A DNA stretch of 64,000 nucleotides from sequence record NC_054931.1; one strand, 5' to 3'. The DNA comes from Escherichia phage T2. The notes under the pieces are model-generated. The model was not told where the DNA came from and did no database searches. It worked only from the letters and a program-made list of their open reading frames with translations. This document shows positions 7,987 through 19,217 of the stretch, in pieces (position 1 is the first letter of the stretch; each line of letters opens with the position of its first letter). Made by a program: the position numbers and the translations under genes.

Positions 7987-8517
7987 TTAAACTTCTGCTA
8001 TAATTTTTCCATCTTTTTCTACTTGAAAATAGGTGTAAGGAATCGTAGCTGTACATACTAAAGCCGGGTCTGAATCTTCTGTGTAGCTAAATTCTACTTC
8101 AGATAGGTCAGAAACCCAAGGCTTATAAAAATTTATTGACATCACGATTTCAGTTTTGCTATTATCTAAGATGTAAAGCGTAATGTACTCAGGACCTGTT
8201 TTTTGGGCAGTATTTTCACCTGTAAGATAGTTGCTAGTTCCTAGCATCCATTCATACATTCCTATCCATGACTTAAGTTCTTCATCAACTATAAATCTCA
8301 CAATGAGTGGATCGTACTCAAATGTAGCACCTGGACGTTGTGCTCGGCCCAGTCCAAACGGCCCAGTCACGGTATCAGTAACAGGTATTCTAATTCCTGG
8401 AATAGGAACTGACTGAGCATTTAAAGTAAAAGCAGATGTAGTATTACTATGTGGTATTGATACTACAAAGTTAGTTGTATTTGCTTGGTTAAAAATTTGT
8501 TGCAGAGCTTGCGACAT
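7987..8517 (-). CDS. 3: tail completion and sheath stabiliser protein
   Basis: 176 aa from MSQALQQIFNQANTTNF matching T4 gp3; track ORF extends 27 codons upstream. Confidence 0.9.
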   Translation of the reverse strand: MSQALQQIFNQANTTNFVVSIPHSNTTSAFTLNAQSVPIPGIRIPVTDTVTGPFGLGRAQRPGATFEYDPLIVRFIVDEELKSWIGMYEWMLGTSNYLTGENTAQKTGPEYITLYILDNSKTEIVMSINFYKPWVSDLSEVEFSYTEDSDPALVCTATIPYTYFQVEKDGKIIAEV

Positions 8518-8623
8518 ATATTCCTCATAATGCTTTATAACTGTTGGTGGTATAATGGGTCTAAGTCCCTTCCATTCAATTCCATTTAGAACAAACAACA
8601 GAAAAGAATGGAAGATAATAGAA

Positions 8624-9448
8624 TTAGATATTTGACCAGACTTTGTTTGCAGAGAAACGTTTTCCTTTTGAAACGAACTGCTGAAGTGGCATCAACACAA
8701 CGTTCGCCCAGTCTTTCGGGGCGATTTCAACAAGGCTACCCATAATATTACCAGGTATATACGCCTTAATCATTTGATCTGCACCTCTAAATCCTTTCAC
8801 TTGACTCCAATCAATTTTTAATTTCGTTTTATTAGTAATAGTAGGTGTATTTGCATATTGCTTTAAAAGCTCTTCTAGAAATTGCTGACGAGCTTTAGGT
8901 GGAATATAGTGCAAGTTCAATCCGTACATTAAATTATGCTTACCTAAACCAAGGTAAATTATCAAAGGAAATTTATCCCAATAAGGAAGAGTTTCCTTGT
9001 GTTTAGCATCATAAGCAAAAGCATATATTCGTCCCGGCTGCGGGCGAACAACTTTATGTCCTTTTACTTGCTTAATAGTTTCGGCAAACCACTTTCTGGT
9101 TTTATTATTAATTGCTGCACCTTCATTACGAATTTTATCACGCAATGTTTGTCTGAATGAATTTATCATAAGCAGTTGTCTTTCTTGCTTATTGAGTTTA
9201 TTCATTGGTTTTGATTCAAGTTTTTGAATCTTTTCAGCCGTTTTAATTCCTGAAGCATATTTTGACATTGCTGAAGTAAACGTAGAGTATTTGATTCCTC
9301 TTTCTTCAGCAAATTGCTTTCCTGTCATTCCTTTTGCTTTGGCCTTTTTGTATTCAAGACCTATCTGAATCCATTTCTTTTCGTTTAATGATTGCTTAAC
9401 CTTTGGAACTTGGGGAGTGCTTTCATTAATTATTTGAAAAATAGCCAT
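8624..9448 (-). CDS. 2: DNA end protector protein
   Basis: 274 aa, matches T4 gp2 in sequence and length. Confidence 0.9.
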
Positions 9449-9900
9449 TATGCCCCCTTAAAGCCAAGAGCTCGTAATCCATCTTCTGTTAGAATTCTAA
9501 ATTTTATTCCACGCTTTTCAGCTAAAGATTGTGCTGCTTTCCATTTGTCGGTATTAACAGAATATGTATAAATTTCATTCATAAATCTTTTCTTCGCTGC
9601 GGTTGTTAGATGTGCTGGTTTAACCGGTGGTTGTGTTTCTTTTTTAGGTTTTATTTCAATAAAAAATTCTTGCCCAGAAGAATCTTTCATCCAAATATCC
9701 ATGAAGTATCTACGTTTTTTCCCTTCTGCATTACAAAAATAAGGAATTACTGCTGTTTCACTACCCCATGCAATAATTTCTGGATTTTTATCTAACCATT
9801 CAAAAAAGAATTTTTCCCAATTTGATCTATACGTAATTTTTTTAGGGTCACCTCTATACTTTGATATATTTTTAGGAACCCATTTTCCAGAATATGCCAT
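9448..9900 (-). CDS. 4: head completion protein
   Basis: 150 aa, matches T4 gp4. Confidence 0.9.
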
Positions 9901-9911
9901 TGGATTCTCCT

Positions 9912-9919
9912 TATAAATA
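9912..9919 (+). promoter_or_regulatory. late promoter TATAAATA (for gene 53)
   Basis: Exact T4 late consensus ~30 bp upstream of gene 53 ATG. Confidence 0.6.
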
Positions 9920-9926
9920 GATAATA

Positions 9927-9934
9927 TATTTATA
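9927..9934 (-). promoter_or_regulatory. late promoter TATAAATA on minus strand (for gene 4)
   Basis: Reverse complement TATTTATA just upstream of the minus-strand gene 4 start; divergent pair with 9912-9919. Confidence 0.55.
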
Positions 9935-9947
9935 AACAGGAGGGCCC

Positions 9948-10538
9948 ATGCTCTTTACATTTTTTGATCCGATTGAATATGCGGCCAAAACGGTGAATAA
10001 AAACGCGCCGACTATTCCTATGACAGATATTTTTAGAAACTATAAAGACTATTTTAAACGCGCTCTTGCGGGATACCGCTTACGTACTTATTATATTAAA
10101 GGTTCACCACGCCCGGAAGAATTAGCAAATACTATATATGGAAATACGCAGTTGTATTGGGTTTTATTGATGTGTAATGATAATTATGATCCGTATTATG
10201 GATGGATTACTTCGCAAGAAGCTGCTTATCAAGCATCTATACAAAAATACAAAAATGTGGGTGGAGACCAAATAGTATATCATGTGAATGAGAACGGTGA
10301 AAAATTTTATAATTTAATATCATACGATGATAATCCATATGTTTGGTATGACAAAGGCGATAAAGCTAGAAAATATCCTCAATATGAAGGAGCACTTGCT
10401 GCGGTCGATACGTATGAAGCGTCTGTTCTTGAAAATGAAAAACTTCGTCAAATAAAAATAATAGCAAAATCAGACATCAATTCATTTATGAACGACCTTA
10501 TACGTATAATGGAGAAATCTTATGGAAATGATAAGTAA
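9948..10538 (+). CDS. 53: baseplate wedge protein gp53
   Basis: 196 aa, matches T4 gp53. Confidence 0.9.
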   Translation: MLFTFFDPIEYAAKTVNKNAPTIPMTDIFRNYKDYFKRALAGYRLRTYYIKGSPRPEELANTIYGNTQLYWVLLMCNDNYDPYYGWITSQEAAYQASIQKYKNVGGDQIVYHVNENGEKFYNLISYDDNPYVWYDKGDKARKYPQYEGALAAVDTYEASVLENEKLRQIKIIAKSDINSFMNDLIRIMEKSYGNDK

Positions 10539-12249
10539 TAACCTTAATTGGTTTGTTGGTGTTGTTGAAGATAGAATGGACCCATTAAAATTAGGTCGTG
10601 TTCGTGTTCGTGTGGTTGGTTTGCATCCACCTCAAAGAGCACAAGGTGATGTAATGGGTATTCCAACTGAAAAATTACCATGGATGTCAGTTATTCAACC
10701 TATAACTTCTGCAGCAATGTCTGGAATTGGGGGCTCCGTTACTGGTCCGGTAGAAGGAACTAGAGTTTATGGTCATTTTTTGGACAAATGGAAAACTAAT
10801 GGAATTGTCCTTGGCACGTATGGTGGAATAGTTCGCGAAAAACCGAATAGACTTGAAGGATTTTCTGACCCAACTGGACAGTATCCTAGACGTCTAGGAA
10901 ATGATACTAACGTACTAAACCAAGGCGGAGAAGTAGGATATGATTCCTCTTCTAACGTTATTCAAGATAGTAACTTAGACACTGCAATAAATCCCGATGA
11001 TAGACCACTATCAGAGATTCCAACCGATGATAATCCAAATATGTCAATGGCTGAAATGCTTCGCCGTGATGAAGGATTAAGATTAAAAGTTTATTGGGAT
11101 ACCGAAGGATATCCGACAATTGGTATTGGTCATCTTATCATGAAACAGCCAGTTCGTGATATGGCTCAAATTAATAAAGTTTTATCAAAACAAGTTGGTC
11201 GTGAAATTACTGGAAACCCAGGTTCTATTACGATGGAAGAGGCGACGACTTTATTTGAGCGTGATTTGGCTGATATGCAACGTGACATTAAATCGCATTC
11301 TAAAGTAGGACCAGTCTGGCAAGCTGTCAACCGTTCTCGTCAAATGGCGTTAGAAAATATGGCATTTCAGATGGGTGTTGGTGGTGTAGCTAAATTTAAC
11401 ACAATGTTAACTGCTATGTTAGCAGGAGATTGGGAAAAAGCATATAAAGCCGGTCGTGATTCATTGTGGTATCAACAAACAAAAGGCCGTGCATCCCGTG
11501 TTACTATGATTATTCTTACGGGAAATTTGGAATCATATGGTGTTGAAGTGAAAACCCCAGCTAGGTCTCTATCAGCAATGGCTGCTACTGTAGCTAAATC
11601 TTCTGACCCTGCTGACACTCCTATTCCAAATGACTCGAGAATTTTATTCAAAGAACCAGTTTCTTCATATAAAGGTGAATATCCTTATGTGCATACAATG
11701 GAAACTGAAAGCGGACATATTCAGGAATTTGATGATACCCCTGGGCAAGAACGATACAGATTAGTTCATCCAACTGGAACTTATGAAGAAGTATCACCGT
11801 CAGGAAGAAGAACAAGAAAAACTGTTGATAATTTGTATGATATAACCAACGCTGATGGTAATTTTTTGGTAGCCGGTGATAAAAAGACTAACGTCGGTGG
11901 ATCAGAAATTTATTACAACATGGATAATCGTCTTCACCAGATAGATGGAAGCAATACAATATTTGTGCGTGGCGATGAAACTAAGACAGTTGAAGGTAAT
12001 GGAACTATCCTAGTTAAAGGTAATGTTACTATTGTAGTTGAAGGTAATGCTGACATTACAGTTAAAGGAGATGCTACCACTTTAGTTGAAGGTAATCAAA
12101 CTAATACAGTAAATGGAAATCTTTCTTGGAAAGTTGCTGGGACAGTTGATTGGGACGTTGGTGGTGATTGGACAGAAAAAATGGCATCTATGAGTTCTAT
12201 TTCATCTGGTCAATACACAATTGATGGATCGAGGATTGACATTGGCTAA
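10522..12249 (+). CDS. 5: baseplate hub / tail-associated lysozyme and cell-puncturing spike gp5
   Basis: 575 aa; N-terminus MEMISNNLNWFVGVVEDRMDPLKLGRVRV, lysozyme domain, C-terminal VEGN beta-helix repeats; matches T4 gp5. Confidence 0.95.
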   Translation: MEMISNNLNWFVGVVEDRMDPLKLGRVRVRVVGLHPPQRAQGDVMGIPTEKLPWMSVIQPITSAAMSGIGGSVTGPVEGTRVYGHFLDKWKTNGIVLGTYGGIVREKPNRLEGFSDPTGQYPRRLGNDTNVLNQGGEVGYDSSSNVIQDSNLDTAINPDDRPLSEIPTDDNPNMSMAEMLRRDEGLRLKVYWDTEGYPTIGIGHLIMKQPVRDMAQINKVLSKQVGREITGNPGSITMEEATTLFERDLADMQRDIKSHSKVGPVWQAVNRSRQMALENMAFQMGVGGVAKFNTMLTAMLAGDWEKAYKAGRDSLWYQQTKGRASRVTMIILTGNLESYGVEVKTPARSLSAMAATVAKSSDPADTPIPNDSRILFKEPVSSYKGEYPYVHTMETESGHIQEFDDTPGQERYRLVHPTGTYEEVSPSGRRTRKTVDNLYDITNADGNFLVAGDKKTNVGGSEIYYNMDNRLHQIDGSNTIFVRGDETKTVEGNGTILVKGNVTIVVEGNADITVKGDATTLVEGNQTNTVNGNLSWKVAGTVDWDVGGDWTEKMASMSSISSGQYTIDGSRIDIG

Positions 12250-12577
12250 TATACTTCCAATGAGCGCTGATTTAGGAGAATCCATGGAAGGTTCTTCTAT
12301 CGACGTCACCTTTACCGCTCAATTAGAAACAGGTGAAACGTTAGTATCTATAAATATAACTAGTTACGAAGAAACTCCTGGAGTTTTAGTAGAAGAAAAT
12401 CGCTTATATGGAACATATGAATCTGTATTTGGTTTCGGAAATGACGCGTTGAAATATCGTTTAGGCGATGAATTTAAAACTGCTGCTTCATGGGAAGAAC
12501 TTCCTACTGATTCTATACTCAGTTGTATTTGTGGAAAGCTCCTCAAAACCTCCAGAAGACATTCACTTACGAAGTAA
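12221..12577 (+). CDS. 5.1-like ORF, N-terminal frame
   Basis: 118-aa track ORF overlapping the gene 5 end; its last 67 nt overlap a second open frame (see next feature). Confidence 0.45.
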   Translation: MMDRGLTLANILPMSADLGESMEGSSIDVTFTAQLETGETLVSINITSYEETPGVLVEENRLYGTYESVFGFGNDALKYRLGDEFKTAASWEELPTDSILSCICGKLLKTSRRHSLTK

Positions 12578-12777
12578 CATTAATATATGACTACCAAGAA
12601 CAAAGTGAATCTGGAGGTTCTGGCAGTAATTCTAGGTCATCTTCTGATACTACTGAACCGACAGATCCTCCTGCTCCAGTAAGAAAAACTCTAGTTAAAA
12701 ATTATACTAAAACTATAGTTGGAAATTGGAGTCGTTGGGCTAATAAATTGAGAAGCTATGTGTATGAGAGGCCATAA
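12511..12777 (+). other. open frame lacking an ATG, probable C-terminal continuation of the 5.1-like gene after a -1 frame change
   Basis: Frame opens right after a TGA at 12508-12510, has no Met codon, ends in ATAAATG overlap with gene 5.4 start. Confidence 0.35.
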
Positions 12778-13071
12778 ATGTCAGGATTAAGTTATGATAA
12801 GTGTGTTACTGCTGGCCATGAAGCGTGGCCTCCAACAGTTGTGAATGCTACACAAAGTAAAGTATTCACTGGAGGAATTGCTGTTCTCGTAGCAGGCGAT
12901 CCAATTACAGAACATACAGAAATTAAAAAGCCATATGAAACACATGGCGGAGTGACACAACCCAGAACTTCTAAGGTATATGTCACTGGAAAGAAAGCTG
13001 TTCAAATGGCTGATCCAATATCATGCGGTGATACTGTGGCTCAGGCATCATCTAAAGTATTCATTAAATAG
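12778..13071 (+). CDS. 5.4: PAAR-repeat spike tip protein gp5.4
   Basis: 97 aa, matches T4 gp5.4. Confidence 0.85.
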
Positions 13072-13079
13072 GATTTAAA

Positions 13080-15062
13080 ATGGCAAATACCCCTGTAAAT
13101 TATCAATTAACAAGAACAGCAAATGCTATTCCCGAGATATTCGTCGGGGGTACGTTTGCTGAAATAAAACAAAACCTCATTGAATGGCTTAATGGCCAAA
13201 ATGAATTTTTGGATTATGATTTTGAAGGCTCAAGATTAAACGTTCTGTGTGACCTTTTGGCTTATAATACGCTGTACATTCAACAGTTTGGTAATGCTGC
13301 TGTGTATGAAAGCTTTATGCGTACTGCTAACTTACGAAGTTCAGTTGTTCAAGCTGCGCAAGATAACGGATATTTACCTACTTCAAAATCCGCTGCGCAG
13401 ACAGAAATTATGTTAACATGCACTGACGCATTGAATAGGAATTACATTACGATTCCTCGCGGAACTCGCTTTTTAGCATATGCAAAAGATACTTCTGTTA
13501 ATCCATATAACTTCGTTTCTACCGAAGACGTTATTGCTATTCGTGATAAAAATAACCAATATTTTCCGCGTTTAAAATTGGCTCAGGGACGTATAGTAAG
13601 AACTGAAATCATTTATGATAAATTAACACCTATTATCATTTATGATAAAAATATTGATAGAAACCAGGTTAAATTATATGTTGATGGAGCGGAATGGATT
13701 AACTGGACGAGAAAGTCAATGGTTCATGCTGGTTCAACATCAACGATTTACTATATGCGTGAAACTATTGATGGAAACACTGAATTCTATTTTGGCGAAG
13801 GTGAAATTTCTGTTAATGCTTCTGAAGGAGCTTTGACTGCTAATTATATTGGAGGTCTTAAACCTACTCAGAACTCTACGATTGTTATTGAGTACATCAG
13901 TACTAATGGTGCTGACGCGAACGGAGCAGTAGGATTTTCATACGCAGATACATTAACAAATATAACTGTCATCAATATTAATGAAAATCCAAACGATGAC
14001 CCAGATTTTGTTGGGGCAGATGGAGGCGGTGATCCAGAAGATATTGAGCGTATTCGCGAATTGGGTACTATTAAACGCGAAACCCAACAACGATGCGTAA
14101 CTGCGACTGACTACGATACATTCGTTTCAGAGAGATTTGGTTCTATTATTCAAGCAGTTCAAACTTTCACTGATTCTACTAAACCTGGGTATGCATTTAT
14201 TGCTGCTAAACCTAAATCAGGATTGTATTTAACTACTGTACAACGTGAAGATATTAAAAATTATCTCAAAGACTATAATTTAGCTCCTATTACGCCATCA
14301 ATTATTTCTCCTAATTATCTTTTTATTAAGACTAATTTAAAAGTCACATATGCTTTAAATAAGCTGCAAGAATCCGAACAGTGGCTTGAAGGTCAAATAA
14401 TTGATAAAATTGATCGCTATTATACCGAAGATGTAGAAATTTTTAACTCATCTTTCGCTAAATCTAAGATGTTGACATACGTAGATGATGCAGATCATTC
14501 TGTCATTGGTTCATCAGCGACTATTCAAATGGTTCGTGAAGTACAAAACTTCTATAAAACGCCTGAAGCGGGTATTAAATACAATAATCAAATAAAAGAT
14601 CGTTCTATGGAATCTAATACGTTTTCATTTAATTCTGGACGAAAGGTTGTAAATCCTGATACTGGTTTAGAAGAAGATGTATTATATGACGTTCGTATAG
14701 TATCAACAGACCGAGATTCTAAAGGAATTGGTAAAGTTATTATTGGTCCATTTGCTTCTGGCGATGTTACAGAAAATGAAAACATTCAGCCGTATACAGG
14801 CAACGATTTTAACAAATTAGCAAATTCTGATGGACGTGACAAATACTATGTTATCGGTGAAATAAATTATCCAGCTGATGTGATTTATTGGAATATCGCT
14901 AAAATTAATTTAACATCTGAAAAATTTGAAGTTCAGACTATTGAATTATATTCTGACCCAACCGATGATGTTATCTTTACTCGCGATGGTTCACTGATTG
15001 TATTTGAAAATGACTTACGTCCACAATACTTAACTATCGATTTGGAGCCTATATCACAATGA
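13080..15062 (+). CDS. 6: baseplate wedge protein gp6
   Basis: 660 aa, matches T4 gp6. Confidence 0.95.
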   Translation: MANTPVNYQLTRTANAIPEIFVGGTFAEIKQNLIEWLNGQNEFLDYDFEGSRLNVLCDLLAYNTLYIQQFGNAAVYESFMRTANLRSSVVQAAQDNGYLPTSKSAAQTEIMLTCTDALNRNYITIPRGTRFLAYAKDTSVNPYNFVSTEDVIAIRDKNNQYFPRLKLAQGRIVRTEIIYDKLTPIIIYDKNIDRNQVKLYVDGAEWINWTRKSMVHAGSTSTIYYMRETIDGNTEFYFGEGEISVNASEGALTANYIGGLKPTQNSTIVIEYISTNGADANGAVGFSYADTLTNITVININENPNDDPDFVGADGGGDPEDIERIRELGTIKRETQQRCVTATDYDTFVSERFGSIIQAVQTFTDSTKPGYAFIAAKPKSGLYLTTVQREDIKNYLKDYNLAPITPSIISPNYLFIKTNLKVTYALNKLQESEQWLEGQIIDKIDRYYTEDVEIFNSSFAKSKMLTYVDDADHSVIGSSATIQMVREVQNFYKTPEAGIKYNNQIKDRSMESNTFSFNSGRKVVNPDTGLEEDVLYDVRIVSTDRDSKGIGKVIIGPFASGDVTENENIQPYTGNDFNKLANSDGRDKYYVIGEINYPADVIYWNIAKINLTSEKFEVQTIELYSDPTDDVIFTRDGSLIVFENDLRPQYLTIDLEPISQ

Positions 15063-18000
15063 CAGTAAAAGCACCTTCAGTCACTAGTCTCAGAATTTCC
15101 AAGTTATCCGCAAATCAGGTGCAAGTACGCTGGGATGACGTTGGTGCTAATTTCTACTATTTTGTAGAAATCGCTGAGACAAAAACAAACTCGGGGGAAA
15201 AACTCCCGAGTGATCAATATCGTTGGATTAATTTAGGATATACAGCAAATAATAGTTTCTTTTTTGATGATGCTGATCCATTAACAACATACATTATTAG
15301 AGTAGCCACAGCTGCGCAAGATTTTGAGCAGTCTGACTGGATTTATACAGAAGAGTTTGAAACTTTTGCTACAAATGCTTATACATTTCAAAACATGATT
15401 GAAATGCAATTAGCCAATAAATTCATTCAGGAAAAATTTACTCTTAATAATTCTGATTATGTTAATTTTAATAATGACACTATAATGGCTGCATTGATGA
15501 ATGAATCGTTCCAATTCAGCCCATCATATGTTGATGTTTCATCAATCAGTAATTTTATTATTGGTGAAAATGAGTATCATGAAATACAAGGTTCTATTCA
15601 ACAAGTATGTAAGGATATTAACCGAGTTTATTTGATGGAATCAGAAGGGATTCTATATCTTTTTGAGCGTTATCAACCTGTAGTTAAAGTATCTAATGAT
15701 AAAGGACAAACCTGGAAAGATGTAAAGCTCTTCAATGACCGTGTAGGATATCCTTTATCTAAGACTGTATATTACCAATCTGCAAACACAACATACGTTC
15801 TAGGATACGACAAGATTTTCTACGGCCGTAAATCTACTGATGTTAGATGGTCCGCTGATGATGTTAGATTTAGTTCACAGGATATAACATTCGCTAAACT
15901 TGGTGTTCAATTGCATCTAGGATTTGATGTAGAAATTTTTGTCACTTATGCGACTTTACCTGCGAATGTATATCGAATTGCAGAAGCTATTACCTGCACG
16001 GATGATTATATCTATGTTGTTGCCAGAGATAAAGTTAGATACATAAAAACGAGTAATGCACCTATAGATTCTGATCCATTATCTCCAACATATTCGGAAA
16101 GACTTTTTGAACCTGATACCATGACTATAACTGGAAATCCTAAAGCAGTATGTTATAAAATGGATTCTATTGGTGATAAAGTTTTTGCTCTTATTATTGG
16201 TGAAGTTGAAACATTAAATGCCAATCCGAGGACTTCAAAAATAATTGATTCCGCTGATAAAGGAATATATGTTTTAAATCATGACACAAAAACATGGAAA
16301 AGAGTTTTCGGTAATACTGAAGAAGAAAGAAGACGCATTCAACCCGGATATGCGAATATGTCAACTGACGGTAAATTAGTTTCTCTGTCTTCGAGTAATT
16401 TTAAATTTTTAAGTGATAATGTTGTTAATGACCCTGAAACTGCAGCAAAATATCAGTTAATTGGCGCTGTTAAATATGAATTTCCTCGTGAATGGTTAGC
16501 TGATAAGCATTATCATATGATGGCATTTATAGCTGATGAAAAATCTGATTGGGAGACTTTTACTCCTCAACCAATGAAATACTACGCAGAACCGTTCTTT
16601 AACTGGTCTAAAAAATCTAACACACGTTGTTGGATAAACAACTCTGATAGAGTTGTAGTAGTTTATGCTGATTTAAAATACACCAAAGTTATAGAAAATA
16701 TTCCGGAAACATCGCCAGATAGATTAGTTCATGAATACTGGGATGATGGTGATTGCACTATAGTAATGCCAAATGTTAAATTCACTGGATTTAAAAAATA
16801 CGCATCAGGAATGCTTTTCTATAAAGCCTCTGGTGAAATAATTTCTTACTATGATTTTAACTATCGTGTGAGAGATACAGTAGAAATTATTTGGAAGCCA
16901 ACTGGAGTATTTTTAAAAGCATTTTTACAAAACCAAGAGCATGAGACTCCTTGGTCACCAGAAGAAGAGCGTGGATTAGCTGACCCAGATTTAAGACCAT
17001 TAATTGGCACAATGATGCCTGATTCTTATTTGCTACAGGATTCGAATTTTGAAGCATTTTGCGAAGCATATATTCAATATCTTTCTGATGGATACGGAAC
17101 TCAATACAATAATTTACGGAATCTTATTCGTAATCAGTATCCACGAGAAGAGCATGCATGGGAATATTTGTGGTCAGAGATATATAAAAGAAACATTTAT
17201 TTAAATGCTGATAAACGCGATGCTGTTGCGAGATTCTTTGAATCACGTAGCTACGATTTTTATTCTACTAAAGGAATTGAAGCATCATACAAGTTTCTTT
17301 TTAAAGTTCTTTATAATGAAGAAGTTGAAATTGAAATTGAATCTGGGGCTGGTACTGAATATGACATAATCGTTCAATCTGATTCTTTGACTGAAGATTT
17401 AGTAGGACAAACGATTTATACGGCAACAGGAAGATGTAATGTTACTTATATAGAAAGAAGCTATTCTAATGGTAAATTGCAATGGACCGTAACTATTCAT
17501 AATCTTTTGGGAAGATTAATTGCTGGTCAAGAAGTTAAAGCAGAAAGACTCCCTAGTTTTGAAGGCGAAATTATTCGTGGCGTTAAAGGAAAGGATTTGC
17601 TTCAAAACAATATAGACTATATTAATAGAAGTAGATCATACTATGTAATGAAAATTAAATCCAATTTACCTTCTTCCCGCTGGAAATCTGACGTTATTCG
17701 TTTTGTTCATCCAGTAGGATTTGGATTTATAGCAATTACCCTTTTAACAATGTTTATTAATGTTGGTTTAACTCTTAAACATACAGAGACTATAATTAAT
17801 AAATACAAAAACTATAAATGGGATTCTGGATTGCCTACTGAATACGCTGATAGAGTAGCTAAATTGACTCCAACTGGCGAAATTGAGCATGATTCAGTAA
17901 CAGGCGAAGCAATTTATGAGCCTGGCCCAATGGCTGGTGTAAAATATCCTCTTCCTGATGACTATAATGCTGAAAATAATAATTCAATATTTCAAGGTCA

Positions 18001-18157
18001 ATTGCCGTCTGAACGACGTAAATTAATGAGTCCTTTATTTGATGCATCTGGAACAACATTTGCACAATTTAGAGATTTAGTTAATAAACGTCTAAAAGAC
18101 AATATAGGAAATCCAAGAGACCCTGAAAATCCAACACAGGTTAAAATAGATGAATGA
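15059..18157 (+). CDS. 7: baseplate wedge initiator gp7
   Basis: 1032 aa, matches T4 gp7. Confidence 0.95.
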   Translation: MTVKAPSVTSLRISKLSANQVQVRWDDVGANFYYFVEIAETKTNSGEKLPSDQYRWINLGYTANNSFFFDDADPLTTYIIRVATAAQDFEQSDWIYTEEFETFATNAYTFQNMIEMQLANKFIQEKFTLNNSDYVNFNNDTIMAALMNESFQFSPSYVDVSSISNFIIGENEYHEIQGSIQQVCKDINRVYLMESEGILYLFERYQPVVKVSNDKGQTWKDVKLFNDRVGYPLSKTVYYQSANTTYVLGYDKIFYGRKSTDVRWSADDVRFSSQDITFAKLGVQLHLGFDVEIFVTYATLPANVYRIAEAITCTDDYIYVVARDKVRYIKTSNAPIDSDPLSPTYSERLFEPDTMTITGNPKAVCYKMDSIGDKVFALIIGEVETLNANPRTSKIIDSADKGIYVLNHDTKTWKRVFGNTEEERRRIQPGYANMSTDGKLVSLSSSNFKFLSDNVVNDPETAAKYQLIGAVKYEFPREWLADKHYHMMAFIADEKSDWETFTPQPMKYYAEPFFNWSKKSNTRCWINNSDRVVVVYADLKYTKVIENIPETSPDRLVHEYWDDGDCTIVMPNVKFTGFKKYASGMLFYKASGEIISYYDFNYRVRDTVEIIWKPTGVFLKAFLQNQEHETPWSPEEERGLADPDLRPLIGTMMPDSYLLQDSNFEAFCEAYIQYLSDGYGTQYNNLRNLIRNQYPREEHAWEYLWSEIYKRNIYLNADKRDAVARFFESRSYDFYSTKGIEASYKFLFKVLYNEEVEIEIESGAGTEYDIIVQSDSLTEDLVGQTIYTATGRCNVTYIERSYSNGKLQWTVTIHNLLGRLIAGQEVKAERLPSFEGEIIRGVKGKDLLQNNIDYINRSRSYYVMKIKSNLPSSRWKSDVIRFVHPVGFGFIAITLLTMFINVGLTLKHTETIINKYKNYKWDSGLPTEYADRVAKLTPTGEIEHDSVTGEAIYEPGPMAGVKYPLPDDYNAENNNSIFQGQLPSERRKLMSPLFDASGTTFAQFRDLVNKRLKDNIGNPRDPENPTQVKIDE

Positions 18158-19154
18158 TTCAAGTGTTATCTATCGTGCGATAGTTACTTCAAAATTTAGA
18201 ACAGAAAAAATGTTGAATTTTTATAATTCAATTGGAAGTGGTCCGGATAAAAACACTATCTTTATCACATTTGGAAGATCAGAACCGTGGTCATCAAATG
18301 AAAATGAGGTGGGCTTTGCCCCACCTTATCCTACCGATTCTGTATTAGGTGTAACTGACATGTGGACTCATATGATGGGAACAGTAAAAGTTCTTCCATC
18401 AATGCTTGATGCAGTTATTCCTCGTCGAGATTGGGGAGATACTAGATATCCGGATCCATACACATTTAGAATTAACGATATTGTAGTGTGTAACTCAGCT
18501 CCTTACAACGCTACTGAATCAGGCGCGGGTTGGTTAGTGTATCGTTGTTTAGATGTTCCTGATACCGGAATGTGTTCAATAGCATCTTTAACTGATAAAG
18601 ATGAATGCCTTAAATTAGGAGGAAAATGGACTCCTTCTGCTAGGTCAATGACTCCGCCTGAAGGCCGAGGAGATGCTGAAGGAACAATTGAACCCGGAGA
18701 CGGGTATGTGTGGGAATATCTTTTTGAGATTCCGCCTGATGTATCTATAAATAGATGCACGAATGAATATATCGTGGTTCCTTGGACTGAGGAATTAAAA
18801 GAGGACCCGACTAGATGGGGATATGAAGATAATCTCACTTGGCAACAAGATGATTTTGGATTAATTTACCGTGTTAAGGCAAATACTATTCGTTTTAAAG
18901 CATATTTAAACTCAGTTTATTTTCCTGAAGCTGCATTGCCAGGAAATAAAGGATTTAGACAAATATCAATAATCACGAATCCTCTTGAAGCTAAAGTTCA
19001 TCCAAATGACCCAAACGTTAAAGCTGAAAAGGATTATTATGACCCAGAAGATTTAATGAGGCATTCGGGCGAAATGATTTATATGGAAAATAGGCCACCT
19101 ATTATTATGGCAATGGATCAAACAGAAGAAATCAATATTCTGTTTACATTTTAA
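18150..19154 (+). CDS. 8: baseplate wedge protein gp8
   Basis: 334 aa, matches T4 gp8. Confidence 0.95.
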   Translation: MNDSSVIYRAIVTSKFRTEKMLNFYNSIGSGPDKNTIFITFGRSEPWSSNENEVGFAPPYPTDSVLGVTDMWTHMMGTVKVLPSMLDAVIPRRDWGDTRYPDPYTFRINDIVVCNSAPYNATESGAGWLVYRCLDVPDTGMCSIASLTDKDECLKLGGKWTPSARSMTPPEGRGDAEGTIEPGDGYVWEYLFEIPPDVSINRCTNEYIVVPWTEELKEDPTRWGYEDNLTWQQDDFGLIYRVKANTIRFKAYLNSVYFPEAALPGNKGFRQISIITNPLEAKVHPNDPNVKAEKDYYDPEDLMRHSGEMIYMENRPPIIMAMDQTEEINILFTF

Positions 19155-19159
19155 ATTAA

Positions 19160-19185
19160 GGGAGCCCATGGGCTCCCTTTTTCTT
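19160..19185 (+). terminator. hairpin GGGAGCCCATGGGCTCCC followed by TTTTTCTTT
   Basis: Perfect palindrome plus T-run after gene 8. Confidence 0.6.
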
Positions 19186-19193
19186 TATAAATA
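19186..19193 (+). promoter_or_regulatory. late promoter TATAAATA (gene 9)
   Basis: Exact consensus 25 bp upstream of gene 9 ATG. Confidence 0.6.
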
Positions 19194-19217
19194 CTATAAA
19201 CTCATAAGGAAACCGCT

